A stretch of DNA of 64,000 nt from Terriglobia bacterium. GTDB taxonomy: Bacteria > Acidobacteriota > Terriglobia > 20CM-2-55-15. Shown here piece by piece: positions 10,425 to 20,573 of this stretch. The DNA lies in the NCBI GenBank assembly GCA_965198225.1, contig CBDAOY010000009.1:1088001-1152000 (forward strand). The letters are read 5' to 3'. The position numbers and the translations under genes were made by a program. The notes under the pieces were generated by a model that was not told the DNA's origin, searched no databases, and worked only from the letters and a program-made list of their open reading frames with translations. How positions within the stretch are numbered: position 1 is the stretch's first letter; each line of letters starts with the position of its first letter.

Positions 10425-12647
10425 ATGAACAGACGCTTCAGACGACTCACCGGGCTCCTGGTCCCAGGTGCCCTTTGCTTCGTCCTGGTCGGGTGCCAGG
10501 GACCCGAGTCGAGAACGACGGCTCCGGACCTCGTATCTCAGGCCCAGATCCGGCGCGACACCTACGGTGTCCCGCACATCCTTGCGGAGAACGAGGAGGC
10601 CGCCGCGTTTGCCGTCGGTTACGCGCAGGCCGAAGATCATGTCCTGGAGATCGTCCGCCGCTATTTTGCCGCGCGCGGAGAGGAAGCCCGGTATTACGGC
10701 GGAGACGTCGAAAACGATTTCATGATGAAGCGCTACGGGAACTACGAGGTATCCCGGGATAACTTCCCCCGTCTCACGCCCACGTTTCAGAAGGTCCTGA
10801 ATGGTTTCGCCGCAGGCCTGAACTACTACGTGGAGCGTCATCGCGCGGAGCTGCCGGAGTGGGTTCCGATCTTCGACGGCGTCGACGTCCTGACGCGCAG
10901 CCGTGCCGAAATACTCCGGTTTGCGCTTCGCGAGAGCTTCATCGCGGAGCTCCAGAACAAGTATTCGACAGATTCATCGAACCTCAAACCCCAGTCGCCA
11001 CCGAACAGCGCCATGGCCACCCCGGACTGGGACGTGATGGGCTCCAATGCGTGGGTGATTGCACCCTCGCGTAGTACGTCCGGCAATCCGATCCTGATGT
11101 CGAACCCCCATCAGCCTTGGGCGTCGCTTTACTGGGAAGCTCACATTACTGTCCCGGGCGTGATCAATATGTTCGGAAACACCTTCCTCGGATCACCGGC
11201 GCTTCGTCACGGTTTCAACGAACATCTCGGCTGGACCCATACGACCAACAGTCCCGATCTCGAGGATATTTACGCCCTGACACGCGATCCGCAAAACCCA
11301 GACAGCTACATCTTCGAAGGCGAGTCGATGCCTTTGACGAAAAAGGAGATCACCGTTCAGGCCAAGACAGACGACGGCAGCCTGCGGTCCGAAACCAGAA
11401 CGTACTGGTACTCACACCTCGGCCCCGTCGTGCATCAGACCGAGGACAAGACATTCGCGGTCAAGTCCGTGGTCATGGACGAGTTTCGTTTCTTCGAACA
11501 GTGGTACGAAATGGGAAAGGCCAAGAACCTGGACGAGTTCAAAGCCACCCTCGGCAGGACCGTGATCCCGCGGTTCAATACCTTGTACGCCGACGTGGAG
11601 GGCAACATCATGTACGTGTGGGCCGCCTCCCTCCCGAAGCGGATCGAGGATGGGACCGATTATCGGCTCGATGTACCGGGAGATACGGGGAAGTACGTCT
11701 GGACGGAGGTGCATGGGATCGAGGAATTGCCGCAACTGCTCAACCCCGCGGGTGGCTATGTGCAAAGCACCAACAACCAGCCGTCGTACACATCGTTGCG
11801 CGACCGGCTGGATCTGAACGAGTATCCCGCGACGATACTGGCATCAGAAGGAGAAGAGCTCAGCCTGCGTACGCAGATTTCGCTCCAGATGCTCGAGAGC
11901 CAGGAGAAGTTCTCGCTCGAGGACGTGCAGCGGTTTACCTTCAACACCAGAATGCCGGTGGCGGATCGCGTAAAACCCGCGCTCATCGAGGCCATCAAGC
12001 GGACGGCGCAGCCGTCGGAAGCACTCACGCTCGGTCTTCGAGCGCTCGAAGGCTGGGACAACCAGGTGTCAGCGGAAAGCCGCGGTGGGGTGCTGTTCCA
12101 GCGCTTCTGGGATACGTACCAGGCAGCCGTTGATCAGCCGTACGCAGTGGAGTGGGACCCCAACAGGCCGCTTGAGACGCCGCTAGGGTTATCCGACCCC
12201 GCGCTGGCCGTCGAGCACCTCGAGGATGCGGTGGCCTGGACACGCGAGACCTACGGCGCCGAAGACGTTCAGTGGGGCGAAGTGCACCGCATCCGCCTTG
12301 GCGACATCGATCTTCCGGCCGATGGGGCCAGTGGCAGATACGGCCTCTTCCATAACGTCCAGTACGGCGAAGCGGAAGACGGTACCCGCGTCGTTGGAAG
12401 GATCGAGCCGGGCGGACCATTCGTCGGCGGGGCCACCGGCTGGCTGATCCTCGTCGAGTTCTCGGACCCCATCCTCGGCTACACCCTGCTCGCCCACGGT
12501 CAGACTACGGACCTGGAGTCGCCTCACAGTACGGATCAGGTGTCGTTGTATGCCAACCACGAGTTGAAGCGGGCCTGGTTCAGCGAAGAGGAGATCGCGG
12601 CCAACCTGAAGGTCTCGTACCGGCCCGGCGAAGAGGGTCCTGAATAG
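10425..12647 (+). CDS. Penicillin acylase family Ntn-hydrolase (PvdQ/cephalosporin acylase-like), probable lipoprotein
   Basis: IRRDTYGVPHI, GYAQAED, nucleophile motif G-SNAW and NPHQPW; LVGC lipobox. Confidence 0.92.
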   Translation: MNRRFRRLTGLLVPGALCFVLVGCQGPESRTTAPDLVSQAQIRRDTYGVPHILAENEEAAAFAVGYAQAEDHVLEIVRRYFAARGEEARYYGGDVENDFMMKRYGNYEVSRDNFPRLTPTFQKVLNGFAAGLNYYVERHRAELPEWVPIFDGVDVLTRSRAEILRFALRESFIAELQNKYSTDSSNLKPQSPPNSAMATPDWDVMGSNAWVIAPSRSTSGNPILMSNPHQPWASLYWEAHITVPGVINMFGNTFLGSPALRHGFNEHLGWTHTTNSPDLEDIYALTRDPQNPDSYIFEGESMPLTKKEITVQAKTDDGSLRSETRTYWYSHLGPVVHQTEDKTFAVKSVVMDEFRFFEQWYEMGKAKNLDEFKATLGRTVIPRFNTLYADVEGNIMYVWAASLPKRIEDGTDYRLDVPGDTGKYVWTEVHGIEELPQLLNPAGGYVQSTNNQPSYTSLRDRLDLNEYPATILASEGEELSLRTQISLQMLESQEKFSLEDVQRFTFNTRMPVADRVKPALIEAIKRTAQPSEALTLGLRALEGWDNQVSAESRGGVLFQRFWDTYQAAVDQPYAVEWDPNRPLETPLGLSDPALAVEHLEDAVAWTRETYGAEDVQWGEVHRIRLGDIDLPADGASGRYGLFHNVQYGEAEDGTRVVGRIEPGGPFVGGATGWLILVEFSDPILGYTLLAHGQTTDLESPHSTDQVSLYANHELKRAWFSEEEIAANLKVSYRPGEEGPE

Positions 12648-12648
12648 G

Positions 12649-14232
12649 TCAGTCCGGGAGCGAGAACGCGATCAAAGCTCCGCGGGAAGCCACCGTGACA
12701 TACTGCTTTCCGTCGAGGAGGTAGGTGATCGGAGCTGCGGTGATCGGTGCGCCCGTCTGGAAGTGCCACAGGTCCTCACCCGTGCGCGCATCGAACGCAA
12801 TGAGGTTCCCGTCCCCGCCGCCGAAAACCAGTCCGCCCGCGGTGGAGAGGGTTCCTGCCGTCGACGGCCCCGCGTAGGGAAACTCCCATGCGACCGTCGC
12901 TGTCGCCGGATCGATGGCGCGCAACATTCCTGAAACAGCGGTGCGGCCGCGCGTCGTGCCTCCACCGAAGTAAGGTTGGCCTGGTGCAAAACTCTCCTTC
13001 CAGTTGAAGTAGGTGGCGCAGCCTTCTCGCGCCGTAACGTAGAACAGGCCGGTGTCCGGGTTGAAACTGGGAGACATCCAGTTGGTTGCGCCCTCGACAT
13101 CCGGACAGATCAGCGTTCCCTGCTCGGTGGGACGAGCGTCGGGCAGCTCTACGGGACGGCCGTCGTCACCTATTTCCTTCGCCCAGGTCGTGTTCACGAA
13201 CGGCTTGGCGATCAGCAACTCGCCGTTGGTTCGATCCAGCACATAGAAAAAGCCGTTCCGGTTCGCCGTCAGCAGAAGCTGTCGCTCGCTTCCGTCGAAC
13301 GGCAGATCCGCGAGCACGGGGATCTGGGCCGAGTCCCAATCCCTGGTGTCATGCGGCGTGAACTGGTAATACCATTCGAGCTCGCCCGTGTCCGCATCCA
13401 GCGCGACGATACTGTTGCTGTAAAGGTTGTCTCCTTCGCGCTCGTCCCCGTAAAACATCGGTGCGGGATTGCCAGTCCCCCAGTAAATGAGATTCAGTTC
13501 CGGATCGTACGTGCCAGTCAGCCACGGCGAGGCTCCGCCCTGCTTCCAGGACTCACCGCCCCATGTGTCACCGCCAGGCTCCCCGGGCTCGGGAACGGTC
13601 CAGAATCGCCAGGCGCGCCGACCCGTGTTTGCGTCGTATGCGTCGATGAACCCGCGCGTCCCGTTGATCGATCCGGCAATCCCGACGACGACCTTGTCCC
13701 TGATGACCAAGGGTGCGGAAGTCGCCGAATAACCGAGCTCGTGATCGTCGAGGACAATGCCGCCGATCGGCTCACCGGTCTTCATGTCCATTGCCAGGAG
13801 CGTGGCGTCGAGTCTTGCGACGTACAGGCGCTCCTGGAACAGGGCGAATCCACGATTGACCCACCCGCAGCACAGGCTGAGGGTAGTCGGGAGGTTTTCG
13901 ACGCGGTGCCAGACCTCTCGTCCCGTCCTCGCGTCGAGGGCCCAACCGTGGTTATACGGACCGGTGAAGTAGATGAACCCGTCGACCACCAGAGGCGTGG
14001 CTTCGAGGTTTGCCGTCAAACCGGTCTGGAAGATCCACGCGGGTTTCAAGCCGGCTACGTTTTCCCGGGTCAGTTGATCCAGGGGGCTGTGTCGCCGGCC
14101 GGTGTAATCGCCGGAGTAGGTGAGCCACCGCTCCGGGTTTTTGAGCCCGTCCAGCAGGTCCTGGGTCGAGATCTCACTGGCGAAAACAACCCCACCCAAG
14201 AGCAGAGCGACACAGACGAAACGCCGGATCAT
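12649..14232 (-). CDS. PQQ-dependent alcohol dehydrogenase-like quinoprotein (acidobacterial type)
   Basis: WLTYSGDY, vicinal CC in LCCGWVNRG, YWGTGNPAP, QFTPHDTRDWD and GATNWMSPSF. Confidence 0.9.
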   Translation of the reverse strand: MIRRFVCVALLLGGVVFASEISTQDLLDGLKNPERWLTYSGDYTGRRHSPLDQLTRENVAGLKPAWIFQTGLTANLEATPLVVDGFIYFTGPYNHGWALDARTGREVWHRVENLPTTLSLCCGWVNRGFALFQERLYVARLDATLLAMDMKTGEPIGGIVLDDHELGYSATSAPLVIRDKVVVGIAGSINGTRGFIDAYDANTGRRAWRFWTVPEPGEPGGDTWGGESWKQGGASPWLTGTYDPELNLIYWGTGNPAPMFYGDEREGDNLYSNSIVALDADTGELEWYYQFTPHDTRDWDSAQIPVLADLPFDGSERQLLLTANRNGFFYVLDRTNGELLIAKPFVNTTWAKEIGDDGRPVELPDARPTEQGTLICPDVEGATNWMSPSFNPDTGLFYVTAREGCATYFNWKESFAPGQPYFGGGTTRGRTAVSGMLRAIDPATATVAWEFPYAGPSTAGTLSTAGGLVFGGGDGNLIAFDARTGEDLWHFQTGAPITAAPITYLLDGKQYVTVASRGALIAFSLPD

Positions 14233-15029
14233 TCTCCGCCCTCTCCCAGGCCGGCGGCTTCGGCGAGGAACCGCAGGATGTCATCCAGTTCCCTCGCCGT
14301 CAGCCTGTCTGGTCCGTAGTCCGGCATCAAAGACTTCGACTCGGAAATGACGTCTCGAAGTTCGGTCTTCAGAAACGCGCGAAGCTCCCCGTTGGCATCC
14401 AGCATCTGGATGGAGAAGGCGTCTTCGTTCTTGCGCAGCCCGCCGATCCGTTCGCCCTCATTCGTCACGACCGCGACCTGCTCGTAGCCGGAGGGGACGA
14501 CCTCGCTCGCATTTCGAATCGCGCGGATCAGGGCAGTTCTGGAGCGCGCGCGGGCCGCGAAGGTGAGGTCCGGTCCGAAGCGCCCGCCACGACCACCCAC
14601 GCTGTGGCAGTTCGCGCATCTCGCCTTTCCGAAGAACAGGCTTTCACCGTTCGACCGATCGCCGCCGTCGATGCGGGCCGGTCCGCTGAGCGTTCGAAGG
14701 TAAGCAATCACGCTCCGTATCTCGGAGTCGGAAAGCGAAGACTCACCCATCTCGGTTTTGGGAATGCCGTTGCGGATGACGGCGAACAAGTCGGAATCGC
14801 TCCCACCGTGTTTCCATGTGCCGGTCGTCAGAGCCGGCCCGCGGTAGCCCTCGGCGTTGATGCCGTGACACGCCCCGCATCGGGATCGATACAGTCGCAA
14901 GCCTCCCTCTGCGGAAACGGCTTCATCGGGCGCGGATTCCTGAAATGCCGCTGCCGGGCCGGCGTAGAAAAGGAAAATGACGCAAAGAACCACGCGTAAC
15001 AATCGAGGACATGTCTCGGGCGGCCTCAT
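14229..15029 (-). CDS. Diheme c-type cytochrome, partner of the quinoprotein
   Basis: CGACH and CANCH heme motifs; GPDLT and KSLMP; signal peptide; stop overlaps the dehydrogenase start. Confidence 0.88.
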   Translation of the reverse strand: MRPPETCPRLLRVVLCVIFLFYAGPAAAFQESAPDEAVSAEGGLRLYRSRCGACHGINAEGYRGPALTTGTWKHGGSDSDLFAVIRNGIPKTEMGESSLSDSEIRSVIAYLRTLSGPARIDGGDRSNGESLFFGKARCANCHSVGGRGGRFGPDLTFAARARSRTALIRAIRNASEVVPSGYEQVAVVTNEGERIGGLRKNEDAFSIQMLDANGELRAFLKTELRDVISESKSLMPDYGPDRLTARELDDILRFLAEAAGLGEGGE

Positions 15030-15326
15030 GGACGTCGTTCCTGCAGGCCTCCGGTATGGGGTGTTTGCACACTCCAAACCATAACGCTCGGCAATTTTCG
15101 GACGCAACAAACTTCTTCCCGGCGCCGAAGACGCCGGATCGGTGAAAGCTCGACTGCGGAGCACTTTTTTGTGGATTGTTCGTGAGATAAAGCCCTACAA
15201 ATAGCGGTACCAATTTTTCTTGGCCCAAATTGGCGATTCGGACGGCGGTTCCGACTGGAAGCTACCTTGTCTCTTTGAAGCGCCTCGAGCTCATTCTTTG
15301 CGTTCCGCAGTTCTGGAGGTCCCGAC

Positions 15327-16337
15327 ATGAACATCATGAGACTAAGACTCACACCTGTTCTGCTCTGCCTGCTTGCTGACTCCGGTCTCGCCCAGAACCG
15401 GACGCACGATCTTCGGCTGGAACCGCAGAACGTCCATTGGGGCTACTACGACGCGCGGGTGAGCCCGGCGCTGCGGATCGCGTCCGGCGACACGGTTCGT
15501 GTGGAGACGTCGGTGGTTCGCGGGGTGGAGCGACTGAGGGCCGCCGGGGTCGCCGACGAAGAGATTCCCGAATCGCTGAAAGTGGTGGATCGCGAGGTCA
15601 CGGAACGAGTGGGCGCACATGTACTGACAGGGCCGATCCACGTCGATGGTGCGGAGCCCGGCGACGCCCTCGCGGTCGAGATCGTCGAGATCGGATTCCT
15701 TCACCCGTACGGCATCGCATACTTTGTTCCGGGATTCGGTACGCTGCCGGATGACTTTCCGTATACACGATTCAAGCTCATCCGATTCGACCCGACGAGC
15801 GGCGTTGCGGACTTCGGCTCGGGTGTTACTTTGAGGCTCGCGCCCTTCTTCGGTTCGATCGGTGTGGCGCCGGCGTTGGGTCGTCTCCCCAGCGGACCCC
15901 CGGGGCCGCACACAGGCAACCTCGACAACAAGGAGCTCGTTGCCGGTTCGACTCTATACCTGCCGGTTCACGCTCCCGGCGGGCTCCTCTCGTTTGGGGA
16001 CGGACACGCCATACAGGGCGACGGCGAGGTCACGTTGACCGCGCTGGAAACATCCCTTCGAGGAACGGTTCGGATCTCTCTCGAAAAGGGAAAACGTTTG
16101 AACTGGCCTCGCGCCGAAACCCCGACTCACTACATCACGATGGGGCTGAACCCGGACCTCGACGAAGCTGCGAAGTTGGCGACGCGCGAAATGGTCGATT
16201 TCCTGGTTTCCGAAAAGGGCCTGAGCCGTGACGATGCTTATTTCCTCTGCTCGCTGGCGGTGGATCTGCGGGTCACTCAGCTCGTCGACGGCACGAAGGG
16301 CATCCACGCGATGATCGCGAAATCGATCTTTGACTAG
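15327..16337 (+). CDS. Acetamidase/formamidase family protein with signal peptide
   Basis: VHWGYYD, HVLTGPIHVDGAEPGD, GNLDNKEL and GDGHAIQGDGEV. Confidence 0.92.
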   Translation: MNIMRLRLTPVLLCLLADSGLAQNRTHDLRLEPQNVHWGYYDARVSPALRIASGDTVRVETSVVRGVERLRAAGVADEEIPESLKVVDREVTERVGAHVLTGPIHVDGAEPGDALAVEIVEIGFLHPYGIAYFVPGFGTLPDDFPYTRFKLIRFDPTSGVADFGSGVTLRLAPFFGSIGVAPALGRLPSGPPGPHTGNLDNKELVAGSTLYLPVHAPGGLLSFGDGHAIQGDGEVTLTALETSLRGTVRISLEKGKRLNWPRAETPTHYITMGLNPDLDEAAKLATREMVDFLVSEKGLSRDDAYFLCSLAVDLRVTQLVDGTKGIHAMIAKSIFD

Positions 16338-16389
16338 ATCCCTAGACGCTTGATCCTCAGGTTTGAAGATTTTGCGATCAAGCGTGCCC

Positions 16390-16482
16390 TCAGCAGTCAG
16401 CTTTCAGCCTTCAGTTTCTTCGGAAAACGGGACGGTAGTCCCATCCGACTGAGCTGATTGCTGAAAGCTGATAGCTGATCGC
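16390..16482. repeat. Inverted heptamer arrays forming a long hairpin
   Basis: (tcagcnn)x4 ... (gctgann)x4 enclosing tcgga..gggac-ggta-gtccc..tccga. Confidence 0.7.
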
Positions 16483-16678
16483 CTTTCTGGCTCGCCCTCG
16501 TCGAGCTCAGCGCGCCCAAGGGGCTCGAAATTCTTTGACAAGAATACGATACGGTGCTTGAATGATCATGAAGAAAGCCCGAGTCAAGAAGACCCGTTCA
16601 TAAAGCTCCGCGCCCCCTGCGCTTGAGAGGGTTGCGGTGTGTCATGTCTGAACAAACCGTCCTCATGGGCAGATGCAA

Positions 16679-19105
16679 ATGAAAAAGGTGCTGGTTTCCA
16701 TCGCCGTCGTTATCGTGTCGGCGTCCCTGACCTACGGGCAGGATGTCGGCTCCACCTCACTCGTTCCTTCTCACCGTGCGATGCTGGACCAGTATTGCGT
16801 CTTATGCCACGACGACGTCGAACAGTCGGGCGGCCTGACGCTGACCAACCTGGATTGGTCGGATGTCGGCAGGAACGCGCCCGAGTGGGAAACCGTCGTG
16901 CGCAAACTGCGTGCCGGTATGATGCCTCCGGGCGGCCAGCCCCGGCCTCCGGACGAAGAAGTGGACGAGTTTGTTTCGGCCTTGGAGGCGGGTCTGGATG
17001 AGGCCGCAGCTTCCGAGCCGAATCCAGGTTGGAAGCCGATTCACCGGCTCAACCGGGCCGAGTACGCCAACTCGATCCGGGAACTGTTGTCGGTGGACAT
17101 CGATCCTGCGGAACTCCTGCCCGCCGATGCGTCCACCCACGGTTTCGATAACATGGCGGAGGTCCTGGGTGTTTCCACGACGCTGATGGAAGGCTACGTC
17201 CGGTCGGCCTCGAAGATCAGTCGCACGGCAGTCGGCGATCCCGAGATGAGTCCCATCGAGGAGACGTATCCACTTCCCCAGGGATTCTCCCAGATGGAAC
17301 ACGTCGAGGGCACGCCGTTCGGAACCCGCGGCGGGATGGCCGTCACCCATCACTTCCCGCTCGACGGCGAGTACATCTTCAAGATCAAGCTCTACCACCT
17401 GAGCACAGGGCCGCTGTTCGGACAGACGTCACCGGGCGAGCAGATCGAGATCGCGATTAACGGTGCACGCGTGGCGTTGCTCGACATCAACCCGAACATG
17501 AAACCGGCCCATGATATCCGGACGGGTCCGATCAAGGTGAACGCGGGTCCGCAGAGGGTGTCCGCTTCCTTCATTCAGAGAGCCGCCGGACCCGTACAGG
17601 ACTTTCATGCGCCGTTCGAGTACGCGATGTCGGATCTGACCGTTGGCTCGATTCTGGGATTCACCGGCCTGCCCCACCTGAAGACCCTGAACATCGGCGG
17701 ACCGTACACGGTGGAGGGTCGGGGCGATACTCCGAGCCGCCGCAGGATTTTTGTCTGTCATCCCGCCAACCGGGCCGAAGAGCTTCCCTGTGCGACGCAG
17801 ATTTTGTCTTCGCTCGCCCGACAGGCCTACCGGCGTCCTGTGACCGACGTTGATCTCGACCCCCTGCTCGCGCTATACGAGGCGACCCGGAACAGGGTGG
17901 ACTTCGATGCGGGGATCCGGATGGCGATCCAGGCAATTCTGGCCGACCCGGAATTCGTCTTTCGCATGGAACGCTCGCCCGATGACGCGCCGACGGCGGA
18001 GAGTCATCGGATATCCGATCTGGAGCTCGCTTCCCGGATCTCATACTTCATCTGGGGCAGCGCTCCGGACGCGGAACTGTTGGGTCTGGCTGCCGGCGGC
18101 AAACTCGGGGATCCATCCGTTCTGGAGCAGCAGTTGCGACGTATGGTGGCTGACCCTCGCTCGGAGAATCTCGCGAAGAACTTCGCCGGGCAGTGGCTGT
18201 TCCTGCGAAACCTGAGGGACGTCCAGCCGGACAATTACATCTTTCTGGATTTCGACGTAAACCTGCGTGAGTCGATGCTGCGGGAGACGGAACTGTTCTT
18301 TGACGCGATCGTCCGTGAAGATCGGAGCGTCCTCGACCTTCTGGACGCAGACTACACGTTCGTCAACGAGCGGCTCGCGAAACACTATGAGATTCCGAAT
18401 ATCCAGGGCAACGCTTTCCGTCGTGTGCCGATCACCGACGACAACCGGAGGGGTCTGCTGGGTCACGGTAGCATCCTGACCCTCACATCGCTGTCGAACA
18501 GGACGTCGCCGGTCATGCGCGGCAAATGGGTGATGGAGAACCTCCTGGGCGTTCATCCTCCCCCACCTCCTCCGAACGTTCCCGAGTTCAGTGAGGACGC
18601 GCACGGCGAAAAGCTTCTGTCGGTGCGGGAGCGACTGGAACGCCACTGGAGGGATCCGGGCTGCGCGGGCTGCCACAAGATGATGGACCCGATCGGCTTT
18701 TCGCTGGAGAATTTCGACGCGGTCGGAGGCTGGCGTGTCCTCGACAACGGTTTCGAGATCGATGCGTCGGGCCAGTTGATCGACGGGACGAGCGTCGACG
18801 GACCGGCGAGCCTTCGGGAGGCGCTGATGCGCAAGTCCGGCGCCGTAGTCCACACGTTCGCGGAGAAGCTCCTGATCTATGCACTGGGTCGGGGTCTGGA
18901 GTACTACGATATGCCGGTCGTTCGCTCGATCGCGCGGCAGGCGATGGGCAACGACAACCGTTTTTCGTCCTTCGTTCTTGGCATCGTCAAGAGCACGCCA
19001 TTTCAGATGAGAAGGACCGAGGACAGTGAGGCCAGCGGCGATGAGGCAGCCGCCGCAGCTCGACCGGGCGCCGTCGACGGCCCAGCAGTGACGCCCAGAC
19101 AGTAG
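16679..19105 (+). CDS. DUF1592/1588/1587/1595/1585 diheme cytochrome c-like protein (copy A)
   Basis: CVLCH and CAGCH; HRLNRAEYANSIRELL, ELASRISYFIW and NRTSPVMRGKW; signal peptide. Confidence 0.9.
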   Translation: MKKVLVSIAVVIVSASLTYGQDVGSTSLVPSHRAMLDQYCVLCHDDVEQSGGLTLTNLDWSDVGRNAPEWETVVRKLRAGMMPPGGQPRPPDEEVDEFVSALEAGLDEAAASEPNPGWKPIHRLNRAEYANSIRELLSVDIDPAELLPADASTHGFDNMAEVLGVSTTLMEGYVRSASKISRTAVGDPEMSPIEETYPLPQGFSQMEHVEGTPFGTRGGMAVTHHFPLDGEYIFKIKLYHLSTGPLFGQTSPGEQIEIAINGARVALLDINPNMKPAHDIRTGPIKVNAGPQRVSASFIQRAAGPVQDFHAPFEYAMSDLTVGSILGFTGLPHLKTLNIGGPYTVEGRGDTPSRRRIFVCHPANRAEELPCATQILSSLARQAYRRPVTDVDLDPLLALYEATRNRVDFDAGIRMAIQAILADPEFVFRMERSPDDAPTAESHRISDLELASRISYFIWGSAPDAELLGLAAGGKLGDPSVLEQQLRRMVADPRSENLAKNFAGQWLFLRNLRDVQPDNYIFLDFDVNLRESMLRETELFFDAIVREDRSVLDLLDADYTFVNERLAKHYEIPNIQGNAFRRVPITDDNRRGLLGHGSILTLTSLSNRTSPVMRGKWVMENLLGVHPPPPPPNVPEFSEDAHGEKLLSVRERLERHWRDPGCAGCHKMMDPIGFSLENFDAVGGWRVLDNGFEIDASGQLIDGTSVDGPASLREALMRKSGAVVHTFAEKLLIYALGRGLEYYDMPVVRSIARQAMGNDNRFSSFVLGIVKSTPFQMRRTEDSEASGDEAAAAARPGAVDGPAVTPRQ

Positions 19106-19157
19106 CACCGGTCAGTGTCATCCACCGTTGCACACTAGGAGGAGGCTTAGAGAGCAA

Positions 19158-20531
19158 ATGTTTATCACCAAGAGACACATATCACGGCGGACAGTTCTCA
19201 AAGGTATGGGCGTGGGTTTGTCGCTGCCGTTGCTGGAGTCAATGTTGCCGGCGCAAACCCCGCTGCGCAAGACGGCAGCGGCAGCGCCGCCGCGGTTCTT
19301 TGCCATCCAAGTTCCGCACGGCGCAGGTGGCAGCTGTATGCACGGCCGAGAGATGAACTACTGGTCCCCGGTGAAAGAAGGTTCCGACTTTGAGATGACC
19401 ATGGCGCTGGAACCTCTGGAGCCGTTTCGGGATTACGTCACGCTGATCAGCGACACGGACTGCGCCAACGCCGCGCCGACGACGCCCGAAGAGGTCGGCG
19501 GCGACCATAGCCGCTCGGCCGCGGTGTTCCTGTCCGGAGCTCATCCGAAGATGACCGAAGGCGCCGACTACTACTGCGGCACGACAGTCGATCAACTTTA
19601 CGCGCAGAAGTACGGTCAGGACACCCCGCTGCCTTCCCTCGAGCTCGGGATCGAGGACACCGGTTCGCTGGTGGGATCCTGCGGTTTCGGTTACAGCTGT
19701 GTCTACAAGTATTCGATCAGCTGGGCCTCCCCGTCGAAGCCGCTCCCGATGCAGATCGATCCGCGAGTGGCTTTCGAGCGCCTGTTCGGTGATGGTGGCT
19801 CGCCCGAACAACGCATGATCCGCAGGCAGGAGGACCGGAGCGTTCTCGACACGATCGTCGAAAAGATCGCGCGTTTGCGGAAGGACCTCGATGCGAGTGA
19901 CCGCGACCGGCTGAACGAATACGTGGACGGTGTGCGGGAGCTCGAACGACGTATCCAGATGGTCGAAAAGCACAATTCCACCGGCGAGGCGCGCGAGCTC
20001 CCGGCGGCGCCGATTGGTGTTCCGGACTCGTTCGATGAACACGTTAAACTGATGTGCGACCTGACCGTGATGGGCTTCCAGGCGGAGGTCACCAGAGTCT
20101 CAGCGCTGATGCTGGCCAGAGACGTCAGCCCTCGAGTCTTCCCGGAAAGCGGTTCGAAGACGCCGTTCCACTCGGGGTCCCACCACGGAGAGCAGCCGGA
20201 GCAGATCCTGGATTTCACGAGAGTCAACAGGTATCACGTCAGCCTGATGGCCTATCTCCTCAACCGGATGCAGTACACGCCCGATGGAGACGGCAACCTG
20301 TTGGATCACTCGCTCGTGCTGTACGGAAGTCCGATGGGTAACGGACACATTCACGAGCACAAACGGTGCCCGTTGTTCCTGGCGGGTCACGCAAACGGTC
20401 AGCTCGGGGGCAACTACCATCTGAGAACTCCCGAGGGAACACCGATGGCCAACGCGCTGCTGGCGGTGTTGCACAAGCTCGGTATCGAACAGGACAGCAT
20501 CGGCGACAGCACTGGAATGCTGACGATCTGA
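19158..20531 (+). CDS. DUF1552 (HXXSHH) Tat-exported protein (copy A)
   Basis: SRRTVLKG twin-arginine signal; FHSGSHH; CGFGYSCVY. Confidence 0.9.
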   Translation: MFITKRHISRRTVLKGMGVGLSLPLLESMLPAQTPLRKTAAAAPPRFFAIQVPHGAGGSCMHGREMNYWSPVKEGSDFEMTMALEPLEPFRDYVTLISDTDCANAAPTTPEEVGGDHSRSAAVFLSGAHPKMTEGADYYCGTTVDQLYAQKYGQDTPLPSLELGIEDTGSLVGSCGFGYSCVYKYSISWASPSKPLPMQIDPRVAFERLFGDGGSPEQRMIRRQEDRSVLDTIVEKIARLRKDLDASDRDRLNEYVDGVRELERRIQMVEKHNSTGEARELPAAPIGVPDSFDEHVKLMCDLTVMGFQAEVTRVSALMLARDVSPRVFPESGSKTPFHSGSHHGEQPEQILDFTRVNRYHVSLMAYLLNRMQYTPDGDGNLLDHSLVLYGSPMGNGHIHEHKRCPLFLAGHANGQLGGNYHLRTPEGTPMANALLAVLHKLGIEQDSIGDSTGMLTI

Positions 20532-20573
20532 CGTTTGAAATCACTGTCGTTGAACTCGAGGAGAAAGAAGACA

